From an uncultured Oscillospiraceae bacterium (GTDB lineage: Bacteria; Bacillota; Clostridia; Oscillospirales; Oscillospiraceae): DNA of 34,474 bases. A program made the translations under genes and the position numbers. The notes beneath the pieces are model-generated. The model did no database searches and was not told where the DNA came from. It saw nothing but the letters and a program-made list of their open reading frames with translations. The stretch spans positions 5,360 to 39,833 of the forward strand of contig CAYRIA010000002.1 of the NCBI GenBank assembly GCA_964424175.1, in the 5' to 3' direction. Shown here in pieces: positions 1 to 10,000 of the stretch (the stretch's first letter is position 1; every line of letters begins with the position of its first letter).

Positions 1-1953
1 ATTTCGCTGGTTGCAGCCCTCGGCATTGTTGCAGTCGGCGTGGTTTCAGTTGCCTTTGTTGCCAATCGCTATCAAAGCGTAATTAAGAAGATCAATACAG
101 AGCAGAGCGAATACGCGCTGGTCAGTCTAGACACGCGTTTGGAGGATTTCAGAGCGGATTCTGAAATTGCTGCGGAGAGCATAGCAAGTAATGACGGCCT
201 TGCGGCAGCGCTGGAGGGTGCCAACTCCGCCGAGGTGCTCACAGCGACAAAAAAGGCGGTCAGCGAGTATGGTCTCAATGTGGACTTTGTCACTGTGGCG
301 GATGCGAAGGGGAAGGTGCTTGCGCGCACACACAGCGACAAAACGGGCGATTCCGTTATCGAGCAGAAAAACGTCTCGCTTGCATTGGCGGGCGAAACAA
401 CGACCCACATGGACCCGGGAACCGAGATCCCGCTGAGCGTCCGCACGGGTGCGCCGATCAGGAACGCGGCGGGGAAGATCATTGGCGTCGTCTCCACGGG
501 ATATTCGTTGGTGAACCCCGCGTTTGTCGACGCGCTGAAGGAATCGACGGGTAATGAGTTTACCATCTTCATCGGAGATGAACGCAGAAACACCACAATA
601 ATGAACGGCGGGGAGCGCGTGGTGGGGACAAAGCTCGATCCGAAGATTGCGGATATCGTCCTGCAAAAACGGGAAGTCTATTTAGGTGAGACGAAGATTT
701 TGGGTGAGCCCTACGCCACGGCTTACAAGCCAATTCTGAACAGCGACGGTGCGGCCATCGGCGTATTGTTTTCCGGGGTGCCGCTTGCAGAGGTCAGGGC
801 AATGACACAAAAGACGGTTGTGACCTCTGCGGTGCTTGTCCTTGTTCTGGCCGCCTTGATCATTGTGGGGCTTGTGATTTTTGCGCGACGCCGGATTTCC
901 GGGCCTCTGGCGGCCTTATCCCAAACTGCCCAGGAGCTGTCCCAGGGAAATTTGTCGACCCAGATCGATTATACATCGAACGATGAGCTTGGCCAATTGG
1001 CGGACGCATTCCGCAGCACTGTTGCTTTCCTGCAGAGCTATGTGCACGATATCTCTGAAAAATTACAGCAAATGTCGCGCGGAGACATGCGGCTGCGCAT
1101 GGAGCTGGACTACATTGGTGACTTCACCGAGATCAGGCAATCCATAGAGCAAATCGCACAGGCGCTGAACAATACCCTTCACGCAATTAATGTGGCGGCG
1201 GAGCAGGTCAGCATCGGGGCATCCCAGGTGTCGAGCGGGGCACAGGCCCTCTCCGCCGGCTCAACCGAGCAGGCGGCCTCCGTGGAGGAGCTGAGCGCAA
1301 CCGTTATCGTGGTCGCCCAGCAGGCCGCAGAGAACACCGAAAGCGTCAGAACTGCAACGACCTTAATTGAGCAAGCTACCCAAGGAATGGACTCCGGAAA
1401 CAGTCATATGCAGCAATTAACGGAAGCCATGGCAGAGATTGACTCCTCCTCAAATCAAATTGCGCAGATTACCAAAGTGATAGAAGATATTGCGTTTCAA
1501 ACGAACATCCTTGCCTTGAACGCGGCCATCGAGGCGGCGCGCGCGGGAAGCGCCGGCAAGGGCTTTGCGGTCGTTGCAGACGAGGTTCGCACTCTCGCCG
1601 GAAAATCGGCGGAGGCCGCAAAGCAGACGGCGGGTCTGATCGAGACCTCCGTCGGCACGGTTTCCAGAGGTGCGCAAATTTCGGCGCAAACCGCGGAGAT
1701 TTTGCGGGACATGGGGGAGAAGACCGTAAAGATCAATGAGAGCATTTCAAAAGTTATGCAGGCGTCGACGGAGCAGGCCTCGGCAATTGAGCAGATTAAG
1801 CTGGGGCTTTCACAGGTGTCCTCCGTCATACAGACAAACGCGGCCACCTCAGAGGAAAACGCCGCGACGAGCGAGGAACTGTCGGCCCAGGCTGAAACGC
1901 TGCGGCAGGAAGTCGGGCAATTCGAGCTGGACACCGGCAACGCACACAGCTAG
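1..1953 (+). CDS. Methyl-accepting chemotaxis protein, 5'-truncated by the window edge
   Basis: Frame 1 is open from nt 1 ([13 protein letters not shown], a hydrophobic TM-like segment, precedes the track's GTG at 40), so the true start lies upstream of the window. Contains a Cache-like extracytoplasmic region, a second TM ([23 protein letters not shown]), a HAMP segment ([18 protein letters not shown]...[10 protein letters not shown]) and the conserved MCP signalling hairpin ([37 protein letters not shown]). Confidence 0.9.
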   Translation: MSLVAALGIVAVGVVSVAFVANRYQSVIKKINTEQSEYALVSLDTRLEDFRADSEIAAESIASNDGLAAALEGANSAEVLTATKKAVSEYGLNVDFVTVADAKGKVLARTHSDKTGDSVIEQKNVSLALAGETTTHMDPGTEIPLSVRTGAPIRNAAGKIIGVVSTGYSLVNPAFVDALKESTGNEFTIFIGDERRNTTIMNGGERVVGTKLDPKIADIVLQKREVYLGETKILGEPYATAYKPILNSDGAAIGVLFSGVPLAEVRAMTQKTVVTSAVLVLVLAALIIVGLVIFARRRISGPLAALSQTAQELSQGNLSTQIDYTSNDELGQLADAFRSTVAFLQSYVHDISEKLQQMSRGDMRLRMELDYIGDFTEIRQSIEQIAQALNNTLHAINVAAEQVSIGASQVSSGAQALSAGSTEQAASVEELSATVIVVAQQAAENTESVRTATTLIEQATQGMDSGNSHMQQLTEAMAEIDSSSNQIAQITKVIEDIAFQTNILALNAAIEAARAGSAGKGFAVVADEVRTLAGKSAEAAKQTAGLIETSVGTVSRGAQISAQTAEILRDMGEKTVKINESISKVMQASTEQASAIEQIKLGLSQVSSVIQTNAATSEENAATSEELSAQAETLRQEVGQFELDTGNAHS

Positions 1954-2031
1954 GGCGCTTGGCAGCTGTCCCCGAGGGCTTCCGGCGGCATGATATGCCG
2001 CCGATCAGCGGATTTCGACCTGAAATTCTCA

Positions 2032-2060
2032 TTGACGAATCCTATGAATAAAGGTAAAAT
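2032..2060 (+). promoter_or_regulatory. Sigma-A type promoter for the darA-holB-ricT operon
   Basis: TTGACG (2032-2037), exactly 17 nt spacer, TAAAAT (2055-2060), about 100 nt upstream of the darA start. Confidence 0.5.
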
Positions 2061-2079
2061 AATTTAAGATTGTACTGTT

Positions 2080-2114
2080 GGCGGGCAAGGGCCGTAGTAC
2101 GGCCCTTGCCCGCC
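2080..2114 (+). promoter_or_regulatory. Perfect 15-bp GC-rich stem-loop in the darA leader
   Basis: GGCGGGCAAGGGCCG (2080-2094), loop TAGTA, CGGCCCTTGCCCGCC (2100-2114). No U tract on either strand. Lies between the predicted -10 and the darA SD. Confidence 0.6.
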
Positions 2115-2157
2115 GCACAAACAGCCGACAGCGTAGGACGAGCAGAGGGAGGACGCC

Positions 2158-2472
2158 ATGAAGCTCTTAATCGCAATCACGGACAAGACGGATGCTCCTG
2201 TTGCAGCCGGTGCAATGTCGGCGGCGGGCTACCATTCCACGGTACTAAACGGCTTTGGGGGCTTCCTCAAGGAGGAGAACGCTGTCATCCTTTCGGTGAT
2301 CGATGACACGCGTGTAAGCACTGTTCTGAAGATCATCAGCGACAACTGCACGGAAAGGACGATTAGCACGCCCGCAAATCTGCTTCTCGGGAGCTTTAAG
2401 TTGCCGCCGCAGATCAAGGTCGGGCGCGTGGTTGCCTTTACGGTGGACGTCGATCAGTTCTTTAAGCTATGA
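2158..2472 (+). CDS. darA: Cyclic-di-AMP receptor, PII-like protein DarA/PstA (YaaQ family, DUF970)
   Basis: 104 aa. Aligns from memory to B. subtilis YaaQ/DarA (MKLLIAIT start, GFGGFLKEEN versus TTGGFLKSGN, C-terminal AFTVDVDQFFKL versus VFVLPVDEFHQF). Sits directly upstream of holB-ricT as in Bacillus. SD GGGAGGA lies 4 nt before the ATG. Confidence 0.85.
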   Translation: MKLLIAITDKTDAPVAAGAMSAAGYHSTVLNGFGGFLKEENAVILSVIDDTRVSTVLKIISDNCTERTISTPANLLLGSFKLPPQIKVGRVVAFTVDVDQFFKL

Positions 2473-3248
2473 CAGAGGGGCGGAAAGAGACGTCGGCCAC
2501 CGCGCACGCCTATATCATCACATCGATGGATGCTGAGGTAAGGGAGCGCAAAGCGCTTGAACTTTCCTGTGGTTTTTTGTGCGAGGGCGTGGGTAAGCGT
2601 CCGTGCGGCGAGTGCCACGCCTGTCGGCTTGTCCGAGACGGTCTTCATCCGGATGTGATTGGAGTTGCGCGGAGAAGCGACGACAAAGGGAAGCTCCGTC
2701 GGGAGATTCAAGTTGCGCAAATCCGCGAGATAGTCGCCGACGCCTACATCCGGCCTGTGCAGGCCGAAAAGAAGGTTTACATTATCCGGGATGCGGGTAT
2801 GATGAACGTCGCGGCGCAGAACGCGGCACTGAAAATTCTGGAGGAACCGCCGGAATACGCTGTTTTTCTGCTCTGCACGGAGAGCGCCGAGGCGCTACTG
2901 CCGACCGTCCGCTCGCGTTGCATCGAACTGCGGCCAGGCGGAGAGCCGCCTGAGGTGCAGAGCGCCTTGGCGGGAGAATACCTCGCCCTCGCCGGAAAAA
3001 AGGACGAGGCGGGGCTTTGTCTGTTTTTTGGAAAGCACGAGAACCTGGACGCCGAGCAGCTCGGCGTTTTTATCGGTGCTGTCAGGGTTACCTTAACTGC
3101 CTACCTTTGCCGGAGAAGGGATTGCGCAGGGCTGACTCGCGAGGGTGCCTTCCGCCTGTTGCGGCTCTGCGAAAAGGCGGACGCTTATCTTCGCCTGAAC
3201 GTCGGTGCAAAGCACATTCTGGGCCTGTTCTGTGTGGGAACGGCATAA
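2469..3248 (+). CDS. holB: DNA polymerase III delta-prime subunit
   Basis: Zn-module CGECHACRLVRDGLHPD and motif AAQNAALKILEEPPEYAVFLLCTESAEALLPTVRSRC. ATGA start/stop overlap with darA. The P-loop position is degenerate (HAYIITSMDAEVRE), as is usual for delta-prime. Confidence 0.85.
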   Translation: MTEGRKETSATAHAYIITSMDAEVRERKALELSCGFLCEGVGKRPCGECHACRLVRDGLHPDVIGVARRSDDKGKLRREIQVAQIREIVADAYIRPVQAEKKVYIIRDAGMMNVAAQNAALKILEEPPEYAVFLLCTESAEALLPTVRSRCIELRPGGEPPEVQSALAGEYLALAGKKDEAGLCLFFGKHENLDAEQLGVFIGAVRVTLTAYLCRRRDCAGLTREGAFRLLRLCEKADAYLRLNVGAKHILGLFCVGTA

Positions 3249-3295
3249 TATCGCCGCTGCGCCTGCTGTGCGACGGTGTGAAAGAGGAAAACACT

Positions 3296-4555
3296 TTGGT
3301 TAAAGTTATTAGCATTAAATTCAATATGCATGGAAAGGCATACTATTTTGATCCCGGGGAGCTTTCGATCAAGGTGGGGGATACGCTGATCGTGGAAACT
3401 TCCAAGGGGCTTGATATCGGAGTCTGCGCCTATGGCGAGCACTATGTAACCGACGAGAGCGTTATTCCGCCGTTGCGTCCCGTCATCAGGATTGCAACAG
3501 AGGACGATCTCCGTATTGCTGAGCAGAACCGTGCCCGAGAAAAGGAAGCCTTTACGGTCTGCAAGGAAAAAATTGCGGCGCACGACTTGGAAATGAAGCT
3601 CGTAGACGTTGAGTGTAGCTTCGAGGGCAATAAAATTCTATTTTTTTTCACAGCGGACGGTAGGGTTGACTTCCGAGATCTTGTCAAGGACCTCGCAGCG
3701 ATTTTCCGCACGCGCATCGAGCTGCGACAGATCGGCGTGCGTGATGAGACGAAGATGCTTGGCGGACTCGGCATCTGCGGCAGGCCGTATTGCTGTAGCC
3801 AGTTTTTAAGCGACTTTCAGCCGGTGTCGACGAAAATGGCAAAAACACAGTCCATGTCTCTCAACCCGACAAAAATCTCCGGGAGCTGCGGTCGCTTAAT
3901 GTGCTGCCTACGCTATGAGCAGGATGCCTATGAGGAGCTTGTAAAGAAGATACCGAAGATCGGCGCCTTTGTGCAGACACCCCACGGTTACGGCAACGTG
4001 ACCGGGACGAATGTTCTGCGCCAAAAGGTTAAGGTTGCCATCGACGGCGGGGGAGAGCCGGAGCTTAAATTGCTCGATGCCGACGAGGTTGCGGTGGTGC
4101 CCGGCGGCAGGCCGAAGCCCGGCGAACCGTTGCCGCAAGTGCTCGTTGCGCCGGTAAGGGCGGAAAAGGAGCTGGAGGCGGAGGAGGATCCGTGGACGGC
4201 GCCCTCGCTGTTTGCCGAGGATGCCGATATGCCGCGAAAAAGATTGGCCTCGGGGGAACGCCCCGCACCACAGCAGCCGCGCGGAAAGAACGACGGCCGC
4301 CCCCAAGAGCAGGGCAAGTCCCGTCAGCAGGGCGGAAGGAATCGCTCTCGTCCAAACGCAAAGCCGGGCGAGAAGCAGGCCGGGGAGCAAGGGACCGCCC
4401 CTTTGAAAAACCCCGCGCCTCAGGCTCAGGCCAAGCCACGTCCCGAAGGCGAGCAGGCTGACGCGCAAAAGAACAAGCCACGGAACACGAATCGCAATCG
4501 GCGCTACCGCGGCAACAGACCGAAGCCCCAAGGGGAAAATCAGAGCCAGGGCTGA
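3296..4555 (+). CDS. ricT: RicT/YaaT (PSP1 domain, Fe-S cluster protein of the RicAFT complex) with a long low-complexity C-terminal tail
   Basis: KAYYFDP, FRTRIELRQIGVRDE and the Cys cluster GICGRPYCCSQF...SGSCGRLMCCLRYE. The track ORF starts at 3017 inside holB. I place the start at TTG 3296, just after AAAGAGGAAA (3281-3290), which matches the family N-terminus (xxVIxIKF). Confidence 0.88.
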   Translation: MVKVISIKFNMHGKAYYFDPGELSIKVGDTLIVETSKGLDIGVCAYGEHYVTDESVIPPLRPVIRIATEDDLRIAEQNRAREKEAFTVCKEKIAAHDLEMKLVDVECSFEGNKILFFFTADGRVDFRDLVKDLAAIFRTRIELRQIGVRDETKMLGGLGICGRPYCCSQFLSDFQPVSTKMAKTQSMSLNPTKISGSCGRLMCCLRYEQDAYEELVKKIPKIGAFVQTPHGYGNVTGTNVLRQKVKVAIDGGGEPELKLLDADEVAVVPGGRPKPGEPLPQVLVAPVRAEKELEAEEDPWTAPSLFAEDADMPRKRLASGERPAPQQPRGKNDGRPQEQGKSRQQGGRNRSRPNAKPGEKQAGEQGTAPLKNPAPQAQAKPRPEGEQADAQKNKPRNTNRNRRYRGNRPKPQGENQSQG

Positions 4556-4563
4556 GAAAAATA

Positions 4564-4598
4564 AAATGAACCCGTGCGGTCAATGCACGGGTTCATTT
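4564..4598. terminator. Bidirectional intrinsic terminator between convergent ricT and fakA
   Basis: AAATGAACCCGTGC (4564-4577) and GCACGGGTTCATTT (4585-4598) form a perfect 14-bp stem. It is A-rich upstream and T-rich downstream, so it is U-flanked on both strands. Confidence 0.8.
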
Positions 4599-4612
4599 TA
4601 TCCAACGGGGGT

Positions 4613-6256
4613 TTACTCTGCCGAGATCATATAGTAATAGACCGGTTGGCCACCGTTTATGATGCTCATTTCGGCGGAGGAATATCTTTCAACGAGGATA
4701 GCTCCAACGGCCTGTGCGTCGTCGGCACTGACATCCTCACCGTAATAGACCGTAAGGAATTCCGGGTTAAGGTCCTCAAGCTTCTGCGCAAGTGTTTCAA
4801 TCAGCGCCGAGATATCTGCGTTGCTGCCGAGCAGCGCACCGTCGAGGAGACCGAGGTATTCACCGGCCTTGATCGCATAGCCGTCAAAATCAGAATCGCG
4901 CGCAGCATAGGTGACCAGCGCGGTATGGACATTCTGAATGGCCTCGAGTGCGCTTTCACGCAAATCCTCTTCCGACTGGGCACTCAGATCCATGCTCAGA
5001 AGCGCAGCAACGCCCTGGGGGATGGTCTTCGTGGGGATGATGACGACGCGCTTTTCCGTCAACGGAACGCACTGCTCGGCTGCCATGATGATGTTTTTGT
5101 TGTTGGGAAATACAAAGACCGTGGCGGCAGGGGTGGCCTCGATCGCCTTGAGGATGTCCTCGGTAGAGGGATTCATTGTCTGCCCGCCGGTGACGATTTT
5201 GTCCGCACCCAGCTCGGAGAAAAGTTCGGCCATGCCCTGCCCGGCGCAGATGACCACCACGCCGAAGTCCTTTTCAGGCTCTGCGGGAACGTCTGTTGGA
5301 GCGCCGCTTATGTGCGCACCGCCGGAGAGGTCGGAGTGCTGTTCACGCATGTTCTCGATTTTGACCGTGAGCAGGCTGCCGAAGGTCAGTGCCTCGGTCA
5401 GCACCTTGCCGGGATTGTCCGTGTGGACGTGTGTTTTAATGATCTCCTCGTCATCGACGACGACAGCGCTGTCGCCGATCTGCTGCAGGAAGGCACGAAG
5501 CAGATCCGCGGACTTTTCGTTTTCGCGGCCGATGATGAACTCTGTGCAGTAGGTGAAGGTAATATCACCCGCATCGAAGCGAGTGAAATCGGCAGCCTCA
5601 GCCGTTTCGGTTAGATCAACTGCATACGACTCGGGTGTAACCTCGTTGCGTAGGGAGGCGAGCATAGCCTCAAGGATAACAACATAGCCCTTGCCCCCGG
5701 CATCGACCACGCCGGCTTTTTTAAGAACGGGGTTTTGGTTGACGGTTTGGGCCAGGGCGTCCTTCGCCGTTTCCAGGGCACAGGATAAAAGCAGCTCCAC
5801 GTCGCTTCCCGTCTCGGCAAAGTCTGCGGCAGCAGCAGCAGACAGGCGCGAGACGGTTAGTATGGTGCCTTCAGCCGGCTTCATTACAGCGTTATAGGCG
5901 GCATCGACGCCCTCGCCCATCGCAAGGGCGAAGTCGTATGCGCCGCAAAGGTCTTTCCCCCTCAGGGACTTGGCAAAGCCCCGGAAAAGCAGCGACAAGA
6001 TAACGCCTGAGTTGCCGCGCGCCCCGCGCAGCAGCGCATCAGCCGCACATTTGGCCACGTCGCCGACGCCATTTGGCTTTTTTCGCCGCAGTTCAGCCGC
6101 ACCTGCGTTCATAGTCATACTCATATTGGTACCCGTGTCGCCATCCGGCACGGGAAAAACATTCAGTTCGTTGATGGGCTGCTTGTTGGACTCCAAAGCA
6201 GCGGCAGCGCAGAGCAGCATATTGGTCATCGCTGCGCTGTCAATCGTTTCTCTCAA
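4613..6256 (-). CDS. fakA: DAK2-domain fatty acid kinase subunit (YloV/FakA family)
   Basis: 547 aa with the N-terminal Dak2 motif NVFPVPDGDTGTNMSMT. TTG start 6 nt after GGAGGTG. Lies downstream of an asp23 gene, as in the yloU-yloV pair. Confidence 0.85.
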   Translation of the reverse strand: MRETIDSAAMTNMLLCAAAALESNKQPINELNVFPVPDGDTGTNMSMTMNAGAAELRRKKPNGVGDVAKCAADALLRGARGNSGVILSLLFRGFAKSLRGKDLCGAYDFALAMGEGVDAAYNAVMKPAEGTILTVSRLSAAAAADFAETGSDVELLLSCALETAKDALAQTVNQNPVLKKAGVVDAGGKGYVVILEAMLASLRNEVTPESYAVDLTETAEAADFTRFDAGDITFTYCTEFIIGRENEKSADLLRAFLQQIGDSAVVVDDEEIIKTHVHTDNPGKVLTEALTFGSLLTVKIENMREQHSDLSGGAHISGAPTDVPAEPEKDFGVVVICAGQGMAELFSELGADKIVTGGQTMNPSTEDILKAIEATPAATVFVFPNNKNIIMAAEQCVPLTEKRVVIIPTKTIPQGVAALLSMDLSAQSEEDLRESALEAIQNVHTALVTYAARDSDFDGYAIKAGEYLGLLDGALLGSNADISALIETLAQKLEDLNPEFLTVYYGEDVSADDAQAVGAILVERYSSAEMSIINGGQPVYYYMISAE

Positions 6257-6316
6257 TTAAAACACCTCCGGGGAAGAAATGACGGGCAAAAGCCAGGGCA
6301 AGAGAACAGTCGGCTA

Positions 6317-6670
6317 TCAGCTAATTTGCATGGAGTCGATGAACACATCGACAGTTTTAACTGGTACGCCCGTCGCCTTGGAAACTTTATAGCTGACCTC
6401 GTTCATAATGCTTCCCGCAAGCGCTCTGATGTTGACGCCGTGGTCGACCACGATGTGTAGGTCGATTGACACGCTGCCGTCGTCGTTAAAGTGAACACCG
6501 ACGCCCTTGGACATCGACTCCCTGCGGAGCAGATGGACAAGCCCGTCGGTCTTTGAGCGCGCGCCCATGCCCTTGACACCGAAGCAGTTTGTCGCTGCGT
6601 CGCCCGCGATATTCATGAACACGTCGCTGGTGATGCTGATCATGCCCAACGTGTTTTCAATTTTTACCAT
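6317..6670 (-). CDS. Asp23/Gls24 family alkaline-shock protein (YloU-like)
   Basis: 117 aa. GMISITSDVFMNIAGDAA...VSIDLHIVVDHGVNI...VKTVDVFI is typical of the Asp23 family. SD AAAGGAG lies upstream of the ATG. Confidence 0.9.
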   Translation of the reverse strand: MVKIENTLGMISITSDVFMNIAGDAATNCFGVKGMGARSKTDGLVHLLRRESMSKGVGVHFNDDGSVSIDLHIVVDHGVNIRALAGSIMNEVSYKVSKATGVPVKTVDVFIDSMQIS

Positions 6671-6755
6671 GCTGCCGACTCCTTTCGTGCGACGAAATGC
6701 CTCCGCGAAATCGCGGAGGAGGATTGTCCTGTCGTTATTGTATGAAACGTCTAGT

Positions 6756-6784
6756 AATTATACCCCAAGTTCGGTAAAAGCACA
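6756..6784 (-). promoter_or_regulatory. Candidate promoter for asp23-fakA
   Basis: On the minus strand: TTGTGC (plus-strand 6779-6784), 17 nt spacer, TATAAT (plus-strand 6756-6761). Confidence 0.35.
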
Positions 6785-6897
6785 AGAAGAAAATTTTTGT
6801 GCAGGTTTAACGTATCGGACGTATGATATATGTTGCTTTTATCGTAGAGTGCAAAAAGAAAGTCCTGGAAACGCGCGCTTCCTGTAGATTCCGATAG

Positions 6898-6926
6898 TTT
6901 ACAAGCGTTTAGGCACATGATAGAAT
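6898..6926 (+). promoter_or_regulatory. Candidate promoter for the PFOR gene
   Basis: TTTACA (6898-6903), 17 nt spacer, TAGAAT (6921-6926) preceded by TGa (extended -10). Confidence 0.45.
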
Positions 6927-7020
6927 AAAGATAATTAAAAATAGCGAATTTCTGCCTTCAGACAGAATAAACTAACTCGGCCGGGCAATAAGGCTCGACA
7001 TTAAACAAGGAGATGAAAAA

Positions 7021-10000
7021 ATGGCAAGAAAACTTAAAACAATGGACGGCAATAACGCCGCGGCGCACGTTTCCTATGCGTTTTCCGAGGTTGCGGCCAT
7101 CTACCCCATTACGCCTTCTTCGACCATGGCAGAATATGCCGATAAGTGGGCGGCCGCAGGCCAAAAGAACATCTTCGGCCAGCCTGTCAACGTGGTTGAA
7201 ATGCAGTCCGAGGGCGGTGCCGCCGGCGCTGTCCACGGCAGTCTGACGGCTGGTGCGCTGACCACCACATACACGGCCTCGCAGGGTCTGCTGCTGATGA
7301 TCCCCAACATGTATAAAATTGCCGGTGAAATGCTTCCCTGTGTGATTCATGTTTCGGCGCGCACTCTTGCAACTCACGCCCTGTCGATTTTTGGCGACCA
7401 CTCGGATATCTATGCCTGCCGTCAGACAGGCTTTGCCATGCTCTGCGCGAACAGCCCCCAGGAAGCAATGGATCTTGGCGCGGTGGCGCATTTGGCAACG
7501 ATTCGCGGCCGTGTGCCCTTCGTCCACTTCTTCGACGGCTTCCGCACATCCCATGAGATGCAGAAAATCGAAACCTGGGACTATAAGGAGCTGGCCGAGA
7601 TGATCGATTACGATGCGATCGCGGAGTTCCGCGCACGCGCAGCCTGCCCGGCAAACCCCACAACCCGCGGTACCGCGCAGAATGGCGACGTGTTCTTCCA
7701 GATCCGTGAAGCGGCCAACAATCTCTATAACGCCCTTCCTGAAACCGTCGTGAGTTATATGAACGAGGTCAACGCCCGCATCGGCACGGACTATAAACCC
7801 TTCAACTACTACGGTGCGCCCGACGCGACCCACGTCATTATTGCGATGGGCAGCGTTTGCGAGGCGGCGGAGGAGGTCGTAGACTACCTCAACGCCAAAG
7901 GGGAAAAGGTTGGGCTTGTTAAGGTGCGCCTGTACCGTCCCTTCTCTGTCAAATACCTTCTCGACGTGCTGCCCGAGACGGTCAAGACCATCGGCGTGCT
8001 CGACCGCACTAAGGAACCCGGAGCTGTCGGCGAGCCCCTCTATGTTGACGTTGTGACCGCGCTGGCTGGCACGAAGTTCAGCAATATTCCGGTTTACGGC
8101 GGACGCTACGGCCTGTCCTCCAAGGACGTCGGCCCCGGGTCCATTATCTCAGCTTACCGCAACATCCAGGCCGCTGAGCCGAAGAACAGCTTTACCATCG
8201 GCATTGTGGACGATGTGACGCACCTGTCCATCCCGATCGTCGAGGATCCCGACACGACACCTGAAGATATTATTTCTTGCAAGTTCTGGGGACTTGGTTC
8301 CGACGGTACGGTTGGCGCGAACAAAAACTCCATCAAGATCATCGGTGACCACACCGACCTCAAGGCTCAGGCCTACTTCCAGTATGACTCGAAGAAGTCC
8401 GGAGGCGTGACCATCAGCCATCTGCGCTTCGGCAAGAGCCCGATTAAGTCCACATACTTTGTTTCCAAAGCGAACTTTGTGGCCTGTCACAACCCGTCCT
8501 ATCTTTCCAGATACGACATGGTGCAGGACGTTAAGCCCGGCGGCGCGTTCCTCATCAATTGCGCCTACTCCGCCGAGGAACTGGGGCAGCACCTTTCTGC
8601 TGCGGCCAAGCAGTATATTGCCAATAACAAGATCCGCGTCTACACGATCGACGCGATAGAGATTGCCCGTGAGATTGGTTTGGGCAACAAAACCAATGCC
8701 ATCCTGCAGGCTGCGTTCTTCAAGCTCGCCAACATCCTGCCCGAGGCGGATGCCGTGACCTATATGAAGGATGCCATCCGCACGACCTACGGCCGCAAGG
8801 GTGAGAAGATCGTCAACATGAACATTCTGGCGGTGGACGCCGGCATCGAGAAGGTGCACGCGCTTGAGATTCCCGCAGACTGGGCGTCGACCACAGAGGA
8901 AGCGCCGAAGGTCGCGCTTAACGGCGGTCTCGATCACGCCAAGGGCTTTGTTGAGACGATTCTCGCTCCGGTCAACGCGATGCGCGGTGACGACCTGCCG
9001 GTTTCTGCCTTTAACGACGTCGCCAACGGCACCGTACCCTGCGGAACCTCCGCGTTTGAAAAGCGCGCGATCGCCGTCGATGTGCCCAGGTGGATTCCTG
9101 AAAACTGCATTCAGTGCAACCAGTGCGCCTTTGTCTGCCCGCATGCCGTTATTCGTCCCTTCGTGCTCGATAAGGATGAGCTGGCAAACGCGCCCGAGGG
9201 CTTCAAATCCATGCAAATGAAGGGCAAGGGCGTTGAGGAGTATGCGTTTGTCATTCAGCCCAGCGTGCTTGACTGCACGGGCTGCGGAAGCTGCGCAAAC
9301 GTCTGCCCCGCAAAGGAGAAGGCTCTGGTCATGACCCCGCTGGGCGAACAGGCCGACGAGCAGAAGTATTTTGACTACGCTTACAAGCACGTTTCCGAGA
9401 AGGAACTGCCCTTCGCGGAGAATACGATCAAGGGCAGTCAGTTCAAGACCCCGCTGCTGGAGTTCTCCGGCGCCTGCGCGGGCTGCGGCGAGACGCCCTA
9501 TGCCAAGCTGACCACCCAGCTTTTCGGTGACCGTATGTATATCGCAAACGCCACCGGCTGCTCCTCTATCTGGGGTGGCTCCGAGCCGAGCTTCCCCTAC
9601 ACGATGAATCGCGAGGGGCGTGGTCCGGCCTGGGCAAACTCCCTGTTCGAGGACAACGCGGAATTCGGCTTCGGCATGATGCACGGCGTCAAGCAGCGCC
9701 GCGCGTTGGTGGCTGAGCAGATCAAGGCCGTTACCGAGAGCGGCGAGGCCTCTGCAGAGCTGAAGGCAGCGGCGGCAGCCTGGCTCGAAACCAAGGACGA
9801 CGCTGCCGGCTCCAAGACGGCGTCCAGAGTGCTGGAGACTGAGCTGGTCAAGGCGCTTTCCGGCGAGGGCAAGGATTGCGTGTTCCTCAAAAGGCTTTAT
9901 GCCAACCGCGACATGTTTGTCAAGCCCAGCTTCTGGGTCTTTGGCGGAGACGGCTGGGCCTATGACATCGGCTACGGAGGTCTTGACCACGTTCTGGCGG

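Noticed and set aside
1983-2003. 9-bp GC hairpin after the MCP stop codon
   Set aside because: It has a 3-nt loop and no downstream U tract, so it is at best a weak terminator. I cannot support calling it one.
3017-3295. Upstream extensions of track ORFs (ricT from 3017, rimO from 20310, cysS from 23336, recA from 18654)
   Set aside because: The extensions overlap the preceding genes, translate to Arg/Cys/Pro-rich junk, and lack an SD. In each case an internal start with a good SD reproduces the canonical family N-terminus.
6700-6719. Perfect 8-bp hairpin CCTCCGCG-AAAT-CGCGGAGG in the asp23 leader
   Set aside because: It is real in the sequence but short, has no U tract and suggests no function beyond ordinary 5' UTR structure. 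Not distinctive enough.
8149-9990. 613-aa minus-strand ORF (and 6958-7833, 291 aa) lying entirely antisense to the PFOR gene
   Set aside because: The composition is Arg/Gly/Ala/Leu-rich, there are no motifs and no SD. The opposite strand encodes an unmistakable full-length PFOR. This is the typical stop-codon-poor antisense frame of GC-rich coding DNA.
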